Shown: piece after piece, positions 46,937-56,529 of the stretch
Position numbering within the stretch: position 1 is the first letter of the stretch
How the letters are laid out: every line of letters begins with the position of its first letter
Source: Dehalococcoidia bacterium
GTDB taxonomy: Bacteria > Chloroflexota > Dehalococcoidia > Lucifugimonadales > QGNO01
Direction: 5' to 3'
Assembly (NCBI GenBank): GCA_965197965.1
Contig: OZ240235.1
Location: 996,666-1,060,665, forward strand
DNA: 64,000 bases
Position numbers and translations under genes: made by a program
The notes under the pieces: generated by a model
The model's database searches: none
Told to the model about the DNA's origin: nothing
What the model saw: only the letters and a program-made list of their open reading frames with translations

Positions 46937-47216
46937 CAGCATCCCTTTCAACAAAGGGGCGTATTTCCTTCCGCACTTCCGATATGGTAGCCATATCCAC
47001 TGGCCTGCCGAGGATGTCTTCCAAATAGGACACGGCCCCGAAGTAGGTCTTCCAGTCAGGGCTTGTGCCAAACTCGACGAGGACATCGATGTCACTGCCA
47101 TCAGTGGCCTGACCCCTGGCAAAAGAGCCGAACAAGGCAAGCTCGGTTACGCCGAAGCGCTCCGCAAGCACCGGCTTGTGTGTACGCAGCAGGTCAAGTG
47201 CATCATCTCTATTCAT
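46926..47216 (-). CDS. mntA: MntA-family nucleotidyltransferase antitoxin
   Basis: The minimal nucleotidyltransferase motif LFGSFARGQATDGSDIDVLVEF (GS-x9-12-DxD). Confidence 0.85.
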   Translation of the reverse strand: MNRDDALDLLRTHKPVLAERFGVTELALFGSFARGQATDGSDIDVLVEFGTSPDWKTYFGAVSYLEDILGRPVDMATISEVRKEIRPFVERDAVHV

Positions 47217-47318
47217 TGCGCCAACTCCCGGGCGTAGTTGTACTCAATCAGCTCATTGTCATTTGCATACTAGCCGTCCGGTCTCCTACCCACTTACAGA
47301 GACTTTCGACCGATTGTA

Positions 47319-48392
47319 TTAGGAAAGAGCATAGGTGTCTGCACCTGCGGCCAGTGCCTGGTAAGCCTCGGACAACAGAGCATCGGTCTCTTCCCAGCCG
47401 ACGCAAGGGTCCGTGATAGAGACGCCGTACTCCAGTTTGGAAGGGTCCCCTTCGTCAAGCTTCTGACTGCTGGCGAATAGATTGCTTTCCAACATCATGC
47501 CCACTACACCTGTATTTCCCGATAAGCGCTGCTGGAGAACGTCTTGGAAGGCAACCGACTCAAGCGCGTAGTCCTTGTTGGAGTTGGCGTGGGAGCAGTC
47601 CACGAGCAGCCTGGCGGGCACGCCGGCCTGCTCAAGCAAAGACGTGGCCCTGGCCACAGAGGCGGCATCGTAGTTTGTCCCGGGAGTGCCGCCGCGCAGG
47701 ACTATGTGGCAGTTGGGATTTCCCTGCGTCATCACTATGGAGGCATAGCCTTCGCCGTCCACTCCGAGAAAAGCGTGCCGGGCGCGGGCGGCAACCACTC
47801 CGTCAACGGCGAGTTGGATGCTGCCGCCGGTGCCGTTCTTGAAGCCCACAGGCATGCTCAAACCGCTTGCCATCTGGCGATGTGTCTGGCTCTCCGCGGT
47901 ACGCGCGCCAATAGCAGCCCACGAAACCAAGTCCGCTATGTACTGGGGAGTGATGGGGTCCACGAACTCGGTGGCGGAAAGCAGACCTATCTCGGCGATG
48001 TTCAGCAGGAATTCCCTCGCCATATACAGCCCATGCTCCAAGTCGAAGCTGCCGTTCAGATGAGGATCGTAGATAAGGCCCTTCCAGCCAACGGTAGTAC
48101 GGGGCTTTTCAAAGTAGACGCGCATTACAACGAGCATACGGTCGCTGTACCTGTCCGCGATCTGCTTGAGCCTATGCGCATAATCCAGGCCGGCCTTTGT
48201 ATCGTGGATGGAGCAGGGGCCGGAGATGAGCAGTAAGCGATCATCCTCTCCCGAAAGAATGGCGGCAATCTCCTCTCTTCCTTTCACCACCAGTTGCGCC
48301 ACCGAGTCAGGAGTGGGAAGGCGGGTTAGGTACTCCGCCGGTGAGGGCAGTCTTTGTATGCTGGAGACGTTTATGTTCTGCAGTTGGCCCAT
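47319..48392 (-). CDS. aroG: 3-deoxy-7-phosphoheptulonate (DAHP) synthase, class I
   Basis: GPCSIHD, KPRTTVGWKGL and IGARTAESQTHRQMASG signatures of AroF/G/H-type enzymes. Confidence 0.92.
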   Translation of the reverse strand: MGQLQNINVSSIQRLPSPAEYLTRLPTPDSVAQLVVKGREEIAAILSGEDDRLLLISGPCSIHDTKAGLDYAHRLKQIADRYSDRMLVVMRVYFEKPRTTVGWKGLIYDPHLNGSFDLEHGLYMAREFLLNIAEIGLLSATEFVDPITPQYIADLVSWAAIGARTAESQTHRQMASGLSMPVGFKNGTGGSIQLAVDGVVAARARHAFLGVDGEGYASIVMTQGNPNCHIVLRGGTPGTNYDAASVARATSLLEQAGVPARLLVDCSHANSNKDYALESVAFQDVLQQRLSGNTGVVGMMLESNLFASSQKLDEGDPSKLEYGVSITDPCVGWEETDALLSEAYQALAAGADTYALS

Positions 48393-48420
48393 AATGATTC
48401 CTCGTTTTTTCTTATATAAT

Positions 48421-48444
48421 CAAAAAGCCCTCGCGAGGAGGGCT
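48421..48444 (-). terminator. Rho-independent terminator after the histidine-phosphatase gene
   Basis: Stem agccctc/gagggct (48426-48444), followed on the minus strand by UUUUU (plus-strand a48422-48426). Confidence 0.6.
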
Positions 48445-48604
48445 CTTTGATTTGACTCTGCTGTGTACTAAACAGCTACCCTCCCCGTCCGGGCTTTGTA
48501 AGTAAACTCAAAATAGTAGGGAAGGTATGCTATTGACCTGCTCATGACGGGTCATATTATTGGCCGGTTTCATGAAACTGTCAAGGGCGTGCAGGATCAA
48601 GGGG

Positions 48605-49297
48605 TCAAGAAAGGGTTTCGCCTAGGTGACTAGCGTCATTGAAACAGTTGATGTGCCGGAGATTCGTACTGTCCCGAGTGCCATCGCTCAGATGCCATCT
48701 GTCCACATCGATGGAGAATTCGAAGACTGCGGTGTTGTGAATGCCTAGATCCCATATCCGATCCGTGCCCAAAATCCTAGCAATAATGTGCGTCAGAATC
48801 CCACCGTGGGAAAAAATCAACACCCTGTCATTATTCTTGTGTTCGCGAATCAGGCTGTCCACGACGCGCTGTGCACGGATAATCCGTTCGCCGTAGATCT
48901 CTGCTCCGTCCACGAGTTCGAGGTTGCGACTCGTGGTGAGTTCAAAGCCAAACTCGGGAAACCGCTTCTCAATCTCGGTATCCGTTAGCCCGGAGACCAC
49001 GCCAACATCGATTTCGGCGAGATCCTGCCACATCTCAATCGGTAGACCCCAGATTGACGACGCGATCCGTGCCGTCTCGAGCGCGCGGCTGAGCGGACTA
49101 GAGTAGATGCGGGTAGGAACATATTTCTCTCGCTGCAGCCTTAACCGGAGGCGGTTTGCTTGGAAGCGTCCGGCTTCGGACAGCGGGAAGTCCACTCGGC
49201 CTTGCCATCGGTTCTCTGAATTCGCAGTACTCTCAGCGTGTCGGACAAGCCGCAAGTTCATGACGTACATTTTCCCTGATGCTCTACACTTCAGCAA
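48605..49297 (-). CDS. histidine phosphatase family protein (phosphoglycerate mutase-like)
   Basis: LRLVRHAESTANSENRWQGRVDFPLSEAGRFQA (RHG-type motif) and a later SHGG. The start may be the ATG at 49261. Confidence 0.8.
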   Translation of the reverse strand: MLKCRASGKMYVMNLRLVRHAESTANSENRWQGRVDFPLSEAGRFQANRLRLRLQREKYVPTRIYSSPLSRALETARIASSIWGLPIEMWQDLAEIDVGVVSGLTDTEIEKRFPEFGFELTTSRNLELVDGAEIYGERIIRAQRVVDSLIREHKNNDRVLIFSHGGILTHIIARILGTDRIWDLGIHNTAVFEFSIDVDRWHLSDGTRDSTNLRHINCFNDASHLGETLS

Positions 49298-49387
49298 CTA
49301 CGGAGGAAAGAGAGGTCGAATCAAGAAAAGTTCCTTCCCAGAACGCCCGCTGGGAAATAGGGCAAGCCATATATCTACAGGTAGATG

Positions 49388-49864
49388 CTATTTGATCCTA
49401 CCGCCGGCCTTCAGCGGCCAGTATCTTATCCAAGCCTTGCCCACGATCCGTGAGGCGTGTACAGGCCCAAACGAACGGCTGTCGCGGCTGTCTTGCCTAA
49501 AGTCGCCAAGCACCAGGTACTCCTCGTTCCCCAGCAGCCACTGACCGGGTGACGGCGTGTCCGTAGGAGCAGGTTTGGCAAGATAAGGCTCGTAGAGCGG
49601 GTGATCATTGATTAGAACCACGCCGTTGATGATCCTGACATGCTCTCCCGGCAGCCCGATTACCCGTTTCACGCAGTGGACCCCTGGCTGACCGGGGTCC
49701 AACAGGACTATCACGTCCCCTCTGGATGGCGGCGTAGAGCTAAAGGCCAGCCTGTCTACTAACATCTTCTCGCCATGGGCCAGTCCCGGTTGCATACTGT
49801 CGCCTGCTATGGAGAAACGCATCGCCCGGGGAAGGCGCAAGATGGATCTCAGGATGTGTCGCAT
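49388..49864 (-). CDS. sodX: S26-family peptidase, likely Ni-SOD maturation protease
   Basis: GDSMQP (Ser nucleophile), VKRVIGLPG (Lys) and GDFRQDSRDSR boxes. It has no N-terminal TM helix and is divergent from sodN. The start is taken at the internal ATG 49864, because the full ORF would overlap sodN. Confidence 0.7.
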   Translation of the reverse strand: MRHILRSILRLPRAMRFSIAGDSMQPGLAHGEKMLVDRLAFSSTPPSRGDVIVLLDPGQPGVHCVKRVIGLPGEHVRIINGVVLINDHPLYEPYLAKPAPTDTPSPGQWLLGNEEYLVLGDFRQDSRDSRSFGPVHASRIVGKAWIRYWPLKAGGRIK

Positions 49865-49973
49865 GTCTTCAATTCTAGGCTTCGCATCAAGGGTGAGCAA
49901 CGTGGCGAGTCTTGATGCTGGACGCGTCTCTTGATAACCTAACCCCGCTGAACGTACAAATCTGGAGGGATGA

Positions 49974-50492
49974 ATGTTCTCGTTTTCCGGTCTGTCTACA
50001 ACGCTTCGAAAAATAGCTTCCACCAAAACAGCTTATGCTCACTGCGATATCCCGTGCGGAATATATGATCCCCACGTGGCCCAGATAGCTGCATTGACCA
50101 CCGTCCGCATGAACCAGCTCATAGAGGCCTTGGAAGCCCCCGGGGCAGATGCTTCCGCCCAGGCGCACAGCGCCTACGCCCACGCCGTCAGCCGCTACAC
50201 GACTGTCAAGGAGGAGCATGCCGAGCTTTGCAAGAAGGAGCTGCGGATCCTCTGGGGCGACTATTTCCGTCCCGAACATGTCGAGGAGCACCCCGACCTT
50301 CATGGAAAGTTCTTCAACGCCATGAAGGCCGCCTCCAAAGTACGGCAGAACCAGGACATGCAAGCCGCTCAGGACCTGCTATCCGCCACTCAGGATATCG
50401 CCGAGATTTTCTGGAAGACCAAGGGCGCCGCGCCAGTGAGGCAACCTTCCCGCCAGGGTGCGGCAGGCGGCGAACTGGTATACCCTAGCTAA
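49974..50492 (+). CDS. sodN: nickel-containing superoxide dismutase
   Basis: The Ni-hook HCDIPCGIYDP is preceded by a 22-aa propeptide. The rest forms a four-helix-bundle-sized remainder. Confidence 0.9.
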   Translation: MFSFSGLSTTLRKIASTKTAYAHCDIPCGIYDPHVAQIAALTTVRMNQLIEALEAPGADASAQAHSAYAHAVSRYTTVKEEHAELCKKELRILWGDYFRPEHVEEHPDLHGKFFNAMKAASKVRQNQDMQAAQDLLSATQDIAEIFWKTKGAAPVRQPSRQGAAGGELVYPS

Positions 50493-50529
50493 TCCGGCAA
50501 GCGACTCAGCGGTGCAGAATCCATGAGAG

Positions 50530-51516
50530 CTATTCTTGCCCGCTCAACCACCGCGAGGCATCCTTGGCGTGATACGTCAGAATGATGTCCGCGCCGGCGC
50601 GCTTGATAGAGGTTAGAATCTCCAGGGCGATCCGTTTCTCATCCAGCCATCCGGCGGCGGATGCCGCTTTTACCATGGCGTACTCGCCGCTGACGTTGTA
50701 CGCCGCCAACGGATGCTGGAACTGTCCCCTGGCCCTATTCAGCACATCCAGGTAAGCCAGAGCGGGCTTCACCATAACCATGTCAGCGCCTTCACTGATA
50801 TCCTGCTCTATTTCTCGCAGCGCCATGCGGGCGTTTGCCGGGTCCATCTGGTAACCCCGCCTGTCCCCAAACTGCGGCGTGGAGCCAGCCGCTTCTCGGA
50901 AGGGGCCGTAGAAGGCAGAGGCGAACTTGGCCGCGTAGGCCAGTATCGGTATCTCTGAATGGTCCCCTTGATCCAGTGCGGCTCGGATAGCATTGACCTG
51001 GCCGTCCATCATGGCGGAAGGCGCCACCATGTCCGCACCAGCATCCGCGTGGGACAGAGCCGAGCGCGCCAGCAACTCAAGGGTCTTATCGTTGTCCACC
51101 GTTCCATCGCCGCCTATGATGCCGCAGTGTCCGTGATCCGTGTATTCGCAAAGGCAAACGTCTGTGATCACAAAGAGCCGCGGCGCCGTCTGCTTGATCA
51201 TCTTCACCGCTTCCTGCACAATTCCCTGCGGGTCGTATGCCTCCGTACCCGCTTCATCCTTGGAAGCGGGTATCCCGAACAGCATTACGCCCGATATGCC
51301 CAGTTCCGCTATTTCCGTGACTTCCGTCAGCAACTGGTCCAACGAAAGCTGGTAGCAACCCGGCATAGACTCTATGGGGGTCTTCACCTCACGCCCGTGG
51401 CAGACGAAGAGTGGATATATCAAATCCGACGGCGCTAGAGACGTCTCCCTGACCATTTCACGAACAGTCTCGCTTCTTCGCAGTCTTCTTAGCCTGAGCT
51501 GTGGGAACACAGCCAT
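50530..51516 (-). CDS. hemB: porphobilinogen synthase
   Basis: RLRRLR, DVCLCEYTDHGHCG (Zn Cys cluster) and the active-site Lys regions (MVKPA). Confidence 0.95.
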   Translation of the reverse strand: MAVFPQLRLRRLRRSETVREMVRETSLAPSDLIYPLFVCHGREVKTPIESMPGCYQLSLDQLLTEVTEIAELGISGVMLFGIPASKDEAGTEAYDPQGIVQEAVKMIKQTAPRLFVITDVCLCEYTDHGHCGIIGGDGTVDNDKTLELLARSALSHADAGADMVAPSAMMDGQVNAIRAALDQGDHSEIPILAYAAKFASAFYGPFREAAGSTPQFGDRRGYQMDPANARMALREIEQDISEGADMVMVKPALAYLDVLNRARGQFQHPLAAYNVSGEYAMVKAASAAGWLDEKRIALEILTSIKRAGADIILTYHAKDASRWLSGQE

Positions 51517-51530
51517 ACTTCTCCTCCCTT

Positions 51531-53069
51531 CTACCCGAACTGGACCTGGCTTGAAAAGTGCTCTTTTAGGGCTTCCACCAAACCGGCTATAGTGTACTCC
51601 CTGGCTTGGACGGCGACATTCAAACCCAATCCGGCGGCGGTTGCCGCGGTAACGGGTCCTATGCAGGCTATAGCGGGCTTCTGCAATAGCGAGATGTCTC
51701 CGCCCAGGATGGAGACCAAACTCGACACCGTGGAGGAGCTGGTAAAGGTAACGGCGTCTACCTCTCCTTGCTTCAACAGGGCAAGCGCTTCTTGTTTGGA
51801 CTCCTCAGAGGCAAGGGTCTTGTAGGTGACAACGTGCTCCACTTCCGCGCCGAGCTTTTGCAGTCCCTCCACCAAAGCATTGCGTCCTTCCGCGGCCCTG
51901 GGCAGCAAGACGCGGTCGCCCGGCATTATGTGTTCTTGCAACGACTCCACCACAGACTCCGAAATGTATTCCGAAGGCATACGGTCGGCGTGGATGCCAT
52001 GTCGGGCCAGCGACTCCGCAGTGGCCGGTCCAATGGCGGCGACCTTGACTCCGGCGAATGCCCGTGAGTCCAGGCCAATCTCCCTGAGGGCTTCCCAGAA
52101 GGCATCGACGCCGTTGACACTGGTGAAGACGACCCAACTATAGCTCGCCAAGCTCTGTGCGGCACGCTTCACTGGGGTGGCGTCATCGGGAGGGACGATC
52201 CTAATGCTGGGCAGCTCTATGACCTCCGCTCCTTCCCTGCTGAGCAGGTCTGCGGTGGCGCTGATCTGCGTCCGCGCCCTGGTGACCATTATCCGTTTTT
52301 CAGACAACGGCCTGTTGTCGAACCAGCGTATCTCCGAGCGCAAAGCTACCGCGGGGCCGAATACGGCCACTATGGGAGGCTCCAATCCGGCCTCCATACC
52401 AAGCTCCGGCACGGTATCCAACGTCCCTTCCACAACACGTTGCCCGGGCCGGGTACCCCACTGTATCAAGGCGGCGGGAGTATCCGCGGGCATGCCGTTT
52501 TCCTTCAACGTCTTGCATATTCCGCCCAGGCTTTCCCAGCCCATGAGGAGCACCAGGGTACCACCACCCTCTGCTAACGCTTTCCAGCGTATGAGGGACT
52601 CTTCCTTTCCGGGGTCTTCGCTGCCGCTGACCACGGTAAAGGAGGAGGCCACCTCTCTATGGGTAACGGGGATGCCGGCGTAAGCCGGTACCGCGATGGC
52701 GGAGGTTATCCCCGGCACGACTTCAAACGGTATGCCCGCGTCGGCCAGTACCTGTGCCTCTTCGCCGCCGCGTCCGAAGACAAAGGGGTCTCCGCCTTTG
52801 AGCCGCACCACGGTTTGCCCCAGCCTGGCGCGACGCACCATCTCGGCAGCGATTCCCTCCTGAGCATTGGACTCGCCGTGCGGCCATTTCCCTACGAAGA
52901 TTACCTCTGCCCTGTCAGATGCAAAGCTGAGGATACGCTGATCAACCAGCCGGTCATAGAGCACGGCGTCGGCACTGCGCAGGAGTTCCAGCCCGCGCAG
53001 TGTAAGCAGACCAGGGTCTCCTGGGCCCGCTCCCACTAGATATACGGTACCCGGCCGTGCAGTCTTCAT
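51531..53069 (-). CDS. cobA: bifunctional uroporphyrinogen-III C-methyltransferase / uroporphyrinogen-III synthase
   Basis: The N-terminal half has VYLVGAGPGDPGLLTLRG...VVRLKGGDPFVFGRGGEE (SUMT). The C-terminal ~250 aa is HemD-like. Confidence 0.9.
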   Translation of the reverse strand: MKTARPGTVYLVGAGPGDPGLLTLRGLELLRSADAVLYDRLVDQRILSFASDRAEVIFVGKWPHGESNAQEGIAAEMVRRARLGQTVVRLKGGDPFVFGRGGEEAQVLADAGIPFEVVPGITSAIAVPAYAGIPVTHREVASSFTVVSGSEDPGKEESLIRWKALAEGGGTLVLLMGWESLGGICKTLKENGMPADTPAALIQWGTRPGQRVVEGTLDTVPELGMEAGLEPPIVAVFGPAVALRSEIRWFDNRPLSEKRIMVTRARTQISATADLLSREGAEVIELPSIRIVPPDDATPVKRAAQSLASYSWVVFTSVNGVDAFWEALREIGLDSRAFAGVKVAAIGPATAESLARHGIHADRMPSEYISESVVESLQEHIMPGDRVLLPRAAEGRNALVEGLQKLGAEVEHVVTYKTLASEESKQEALALLKQGEVDAVTFTSSSTVSSLVSILGGDISLLQKPAIACIGPVTAATAAGLGLNVAVQAREYTIAGLVEALKEHFSSQVQFG

Positions 53070-54013
53070 CTGAAGCCACCAGCAGATTTCACCGCTTCGA
53101 TAGCCCCGGTTGAGACGAGTTCTCGGTAGACCTCGTGTGCAACGGCCTCCGGGTTTTCAGCGCTTCCCGACGCCGAGGCTCTGAACAACCGCTTCCCAGA
53201 ACTGTCGACGGCAAGCATGGCTCTGAGGGTCAGGGTCTGAGCGTCGATCTCCGCATGCGCCCCGAAAGGAGCGGTGCATCCCGCGCCCAGAAGGGACAAC
53301 AGAGTCCGCTCTGCACTCACGCTCATTGCCGTATCCGGGTCTTGTACCGGCTCCACCAGTTGTCTCATCGCCTCATCGTCAGACCTTATTTGGACCGCCA
53401 GCGCTCCCTGGCCGGGAGCGGGCAAGAACTGTTCCGGCTCAAACACCTGGGCGGCCTCTTTCTCTCTTTGCAGCCTGCGCAAGCCGGCCATCGCCAGCAC
53501 CGCACCGTCGTATTCCTCACCGGATGCCTTTTGCAGGCGGCTGGGGACGTTGCCACGCATGGGCAGGACTTGAATATCCGGGCGGATGGCAAGCAACTGG
53601 GCAGACCGTCGCGGGCTCCCGGTGCCTATGCGAGCGCCCCTGGGCAGCTCCGACAGGGGAAGGCGCCATTTGTTCACTAACGCGTCACGCGTGTCTTCAC
53701 GGCGGACGACCGCTCCTATGCTTAGGCCATCGCTAATAGTGGACGGCAAGTCCTTCAAGCTGTGCACCGCCAGGTCTATCTCTTGTCGCAGCAGGGCAGC
53801 CTCCAGCTCCTTAACGAACACGCCAACGCCGATCTGTGGCACGGGTGACCGGTCATCCAGATCGCCGCCTGTGGTGATGGTGCGGATTTCCAAGGGCGTA
53901 TCGGGGGCTGTGACCCTCAGCAGTTCCAAGACCTCTTCCGTCTGCTTCAAGGCAAGTTCGCTGGCGCGTGATCCTGCAATTACGGGGCCAGACCTGCTAC
54001 TCAAGGTTGCCAC
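53066..54013 (-). CDS. hemC: hydroxymethylbilane synthase
   Basis: GSRASELALKQT, HSLKDLP and RGNV.SRL motifs. It overlaps cobA/hemD by 4 nt. Confidence 0.93.
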   Translation of the reverse strand: MATLSSRSGPVIAGSRASELALKQTEEVLELLRVTAPDTPLEIRTITTGGDLDDRSPVPQIGVGVFVKELEAALLRQEIDLAVHSLKDLPSTISDGLSIGAVVRREDTRDALVNKWRLPLSELPRGARIGTGSPRRSAQLLAIRPDIQVLPMRGNVPSRLQKASGEEYDGAVLAMAGLRRLQREKEAAQVFEPEQFLPAPGQGALAVQIRSDDEAMRQLVEPVQDPDTAMSVSAERTLLSLLGAGCTAPFGAHAEIDAQTLTLRAMLAVDSSGKRLFRASASGSAENPEAVAHEVYRELVSTGAIEAVKSAGGFR

Positions 54014-54025
54014 TCTGATCTATAT

Positions 54026-54700
54026 TCAAGCTCCCACTCCTTGCGATGCGCCGGGCTGCTCCTCCAGCATCCTCCGCAGCCTCTCTCTTGCCTGCGCTGT
54101 CTGGCCGCTCTGAAACATGGACAAAAGCTCATCATCCATGCACTCCTGCCAGCGGTCGGGATCCGGTCGTAGGCCCTTTGCCCGCACTTCAGTCCGCACG
54201 TCGGCGAGAACGTCCACCATATCCGCCCACTGCAGGCACAGGCAGAGGTCAGGATCGGACATCATCTCTCTGAGACGGCGAGCCAGAGCCGGACTGAGGC
54301 CCGCGGTCGAGATGGCGCACTGCACTTCGCCGTTCTGCCCTCTTCTGGCTATCGCGGGGGCTATGAAGCTGCACAGCTGAGGCCTATCCACCACGTTGAG
54401 CAAGATGCCGCGGCTATGGGCCTCTTGGGCAACCCTTGTGTACTCATCCTCGTCGAGGTTCTCCGATACAACCAGGAACGCCCCTTCCAGGTCGCCCTGC
54501 CGGTATTCCCGGCGCTTCCACTCTATGAGGCCGCGGCCGGACAGGTCTTGAAGCACAACGGAGACCTCTGGATTGATCAGAGTCACCCGCGCGCCGTGTT
54601 CCAAGAGCCCTTGCACTTTGCGCTCGGCCTCGTGCTCTCCGCCAACCACTACGCAGTGGCGTCCGTTCAAGTCTAGGTAAACTGGATAGTACGCAGGCAT
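54026..54700 (-). CDS. precorrin-2 dehydrogenase / sirohydrochlorin ferrochelatase (SirC / CysG N-terminal type)
   Basis: YPVYLDLNGRHCVVVGGGEHEA-type Rossmann start (here VVVGGEHEAERK), 224 aa, at the head of the hem cluster. Confidence 0.78.
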   Translation of the reverse strand: MPAYYPVYLDLNGRHCVVVGGEHEAERKVQGLLEHGARVTLINPEVSVVLQDLSGRGLIEWKRREYRQGDLEGAFLVVSENLDEDEYTRVAQEAHSRGILLNVVDRPQLCSFIAPAIARRGQNGEVQCAISTAGLSPALARRLREMMSDPDLCLCLQWADMVDVLADVRTEVRAKGLRPDPDRWQECMDDELLSMFQSGQTAQARERLRRMLEEQPGASQGVGA

Positions 54701-54758
54701 GGCCTCATTTTACTCCGCAACTCCTGGACTGTGTACCTAACTTCACCCTCTTATATTA

Positions 54759-54866
54759 GCGGTAGCTGTAAAGTACCGATAGCCTCGTCTCGCCCGACTG
54801 GAAATCCATTCCCACTATTACAGCGTACTTCATGTATAATCTCCCTACCCACCCGGCGAGGACGTC
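54759..54866 (+). promoter_or_regulatory. Repeated promoter/operator module, copy A
   Basis: gcggtagctgtaaagta..., inverted repeat GGAAAT-CC-ATTCCC (54800-54813), TG-TATAAT (54833-54840), then ...ggcgaggacgtcATG. About 90% identical to copy B. Confidence 0.6.
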
Positions 54867-56381
54867 ATGATAAAGCAGACAACCCAATTGCTGGTACTGG
54901 GAACGGTTGCGCTAGTCCTGGCGTCTGCAATTTCCGGCTGCACCGGGATGCCTGAACCGACGCCATCGCCCACGCCAACTCTGACGGCTACGCCCACACC
55001 GACACCAACCCCGACGCCTACAGCCACGCCGAATCTTCAAGACCAGCTAGTTCAGCAGTTTTTGTCTACTAGACCTACGCCTGCTGCTAGAGCTACGGCT
55101 GTTGCTAGAGCTAAGGCTGCTAGAGCTACGGCTACAGCACTGACGCCTACACCCACTTTTATACCCGTGCCGACGCCTACACCCAAGCCCGCACCTACGC
55201 CGACACCATACCCACCGAACGGCGACGGCGGTCCACCGTCCGGTCCGTGTGGGCCAATATCTCACTTGCAAGTGTTGGATAGGATCGACCACTTTATCTA
55301 CTGGACTCCAGATGGCCCCCGCCTGATATTTGATCACGGAACGCTGGTGATGATGGTGAACAACGACGGTTCCGGGCTGCGAGCCGTCGTAGATGCCAAC
55401 CCGGGTTCCCCCCATTTTCCCGGTGGCTTCCACGCCGATCTATCGCCGGATGGATCGCGCATCGCCTACACCTCATGCCAGTATAAAACGGAGGATAGGA
55501 CGTACAACTACGAGATCGCGTCGGTGGCCATCGACGGCTCGGACCGTAGGCGTCTTACCGAGGACCGTTACATGGACCATTACCCGGCATGGTCTCCCGA
55601 TGGAAGAAGCATAGCCTTCATAAGAGGTAGAGGCTACAAACCTGTTTTCGGCACGCTTCGAGTCATGCTGGAGGATGGTTCAGACCAAAAGGATCTTATG
55701 CTGAGAGACCCGAGAGACCGTAGGTCCTCTCTTGATACCGAACCCACAGCCCCGATATGGTCTCCCGACGGCCAGCAACTGGCTTTCGTTGCTTACGAGG
55801 CTACTTATGTGGGGGGGATTCTTTACACAGTTCGCGCTGACGGCTCTGAACTGTTGGAGATCTCGGAGACGGCAAGCCCACCCTCTTGGTCTCCGGACGG
55901 GAGCCGCCTGGCGTTTGCCAAGCTCGACGGAGACGACGTGGTGCTCTACACCGTCAAGCCCGACGGCTCCGACCCCCGAGCTATCACCAGGATAACGGAT
56001 CGAGGGACGTTTCAGGACTCACGGCGTTTCTACGACATCTGGATACCCACCCTGGCGTGGTCACCTGAGGGTTCTCACATCATGTTCGGCTGTGAGGCAC
56101 GGATCTGCGTGGTTGACCTCGACGGCGTCTTAGTTGGTGAATCGCCCATCGAGGAGGCGCTATGGGAGCCTGACGGGTTTGAGCAGGCATTCGTGAATCC
56201 CCGACCTCAGTCGGTTGGTGCCTGGTCTCCCGACAGCTCCAGGATAGCCGTGCGCGTTCCTATCGGTTCTCACTCGGACCCCGGAGGTCGGAATCCGGTG
56301 GTCTACACCATGGATCCGAACGGCGGCAACGTGAGGGTACTGGTGCGGACCAACAAGCTCCGTGAGGTGCAGGTCCCATGA
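54867..56381 (+). CDS. Lipoprotein with PT-rich linker and TolB-like (PD40/WD40-like) beta-propeller
   Basis: Signal plus lipobox (LASAISGC), PTPSPTPT linker, and repeated WSPDG/LSPDG propeller blades. Confidence 0.75.
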   Translation: MIKQTTQLLVLGTVALVLASAISGCTGMPEPTPSPTPTLTATPTPTPTPTPTATPNLQDQLVQQFLSTRPTPAARATAVARAKAARATATALTPTPTFIPVPTPTPKPAPTPTPYPPNGDGGPPSGPCGPISHLQVLDRIDHFIYWTPDGPRLIFDHGTLVMMVNNDGSGLRAVVDANPGSPHFPGGFHADLSPDGSRIAYTSCQYKTEDRTYNYEIASVAIDGSDRRRLTEDRYMDHYPAWSPDGRSIAFIRGRGYKPVFGTLRVMLEDGSDQKDLMLRDPRDRRSSLDTEPTAPIWSPDGQQLAFVAYEATYVGGILYTVRADGSELLEISETASPPSWSPDGSRLAFAKLDGDDVVLYTVKPDGSDPRAITRITDRGTFQDSRRFYDIWIPTLAWSPEGSHIMFGCEARICVVDLDGVLVGESPIEEALWEPDGFEQAFVNPRPQSVGAWSPDSSRIAVRVPIGSHSDPGGRNPVVYTMDPNGGNVRVLVRTNKLREVQVP

Positions 56382-56420
56382 ACAGTAGATTTGTGCGGCA
56401 TCATTGGCTATTGGCGCTGG

Positions 56421-56529
56421 GCGCTAGCTGTAAAGTACCTGGTAGCCTCGTCCCGTCTGGCTGGGAATCCATTCCCGCTATTGGAGCGTACTCCATGTAT
56501 AATCTCCCTGCCCACCCGGCGAGGACGTC
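56421..56529 (+). promoter_or_regulatory. Repeated promoter/operator module, copy B
   Basis: gcgctagctgtaaagta..., perfect inverted repeat GGGAAT-CC-ATTCCC (56463-56476), TATAAT (56498-56503), then ggcgaggacgtcATG. Confidence 0.6.
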
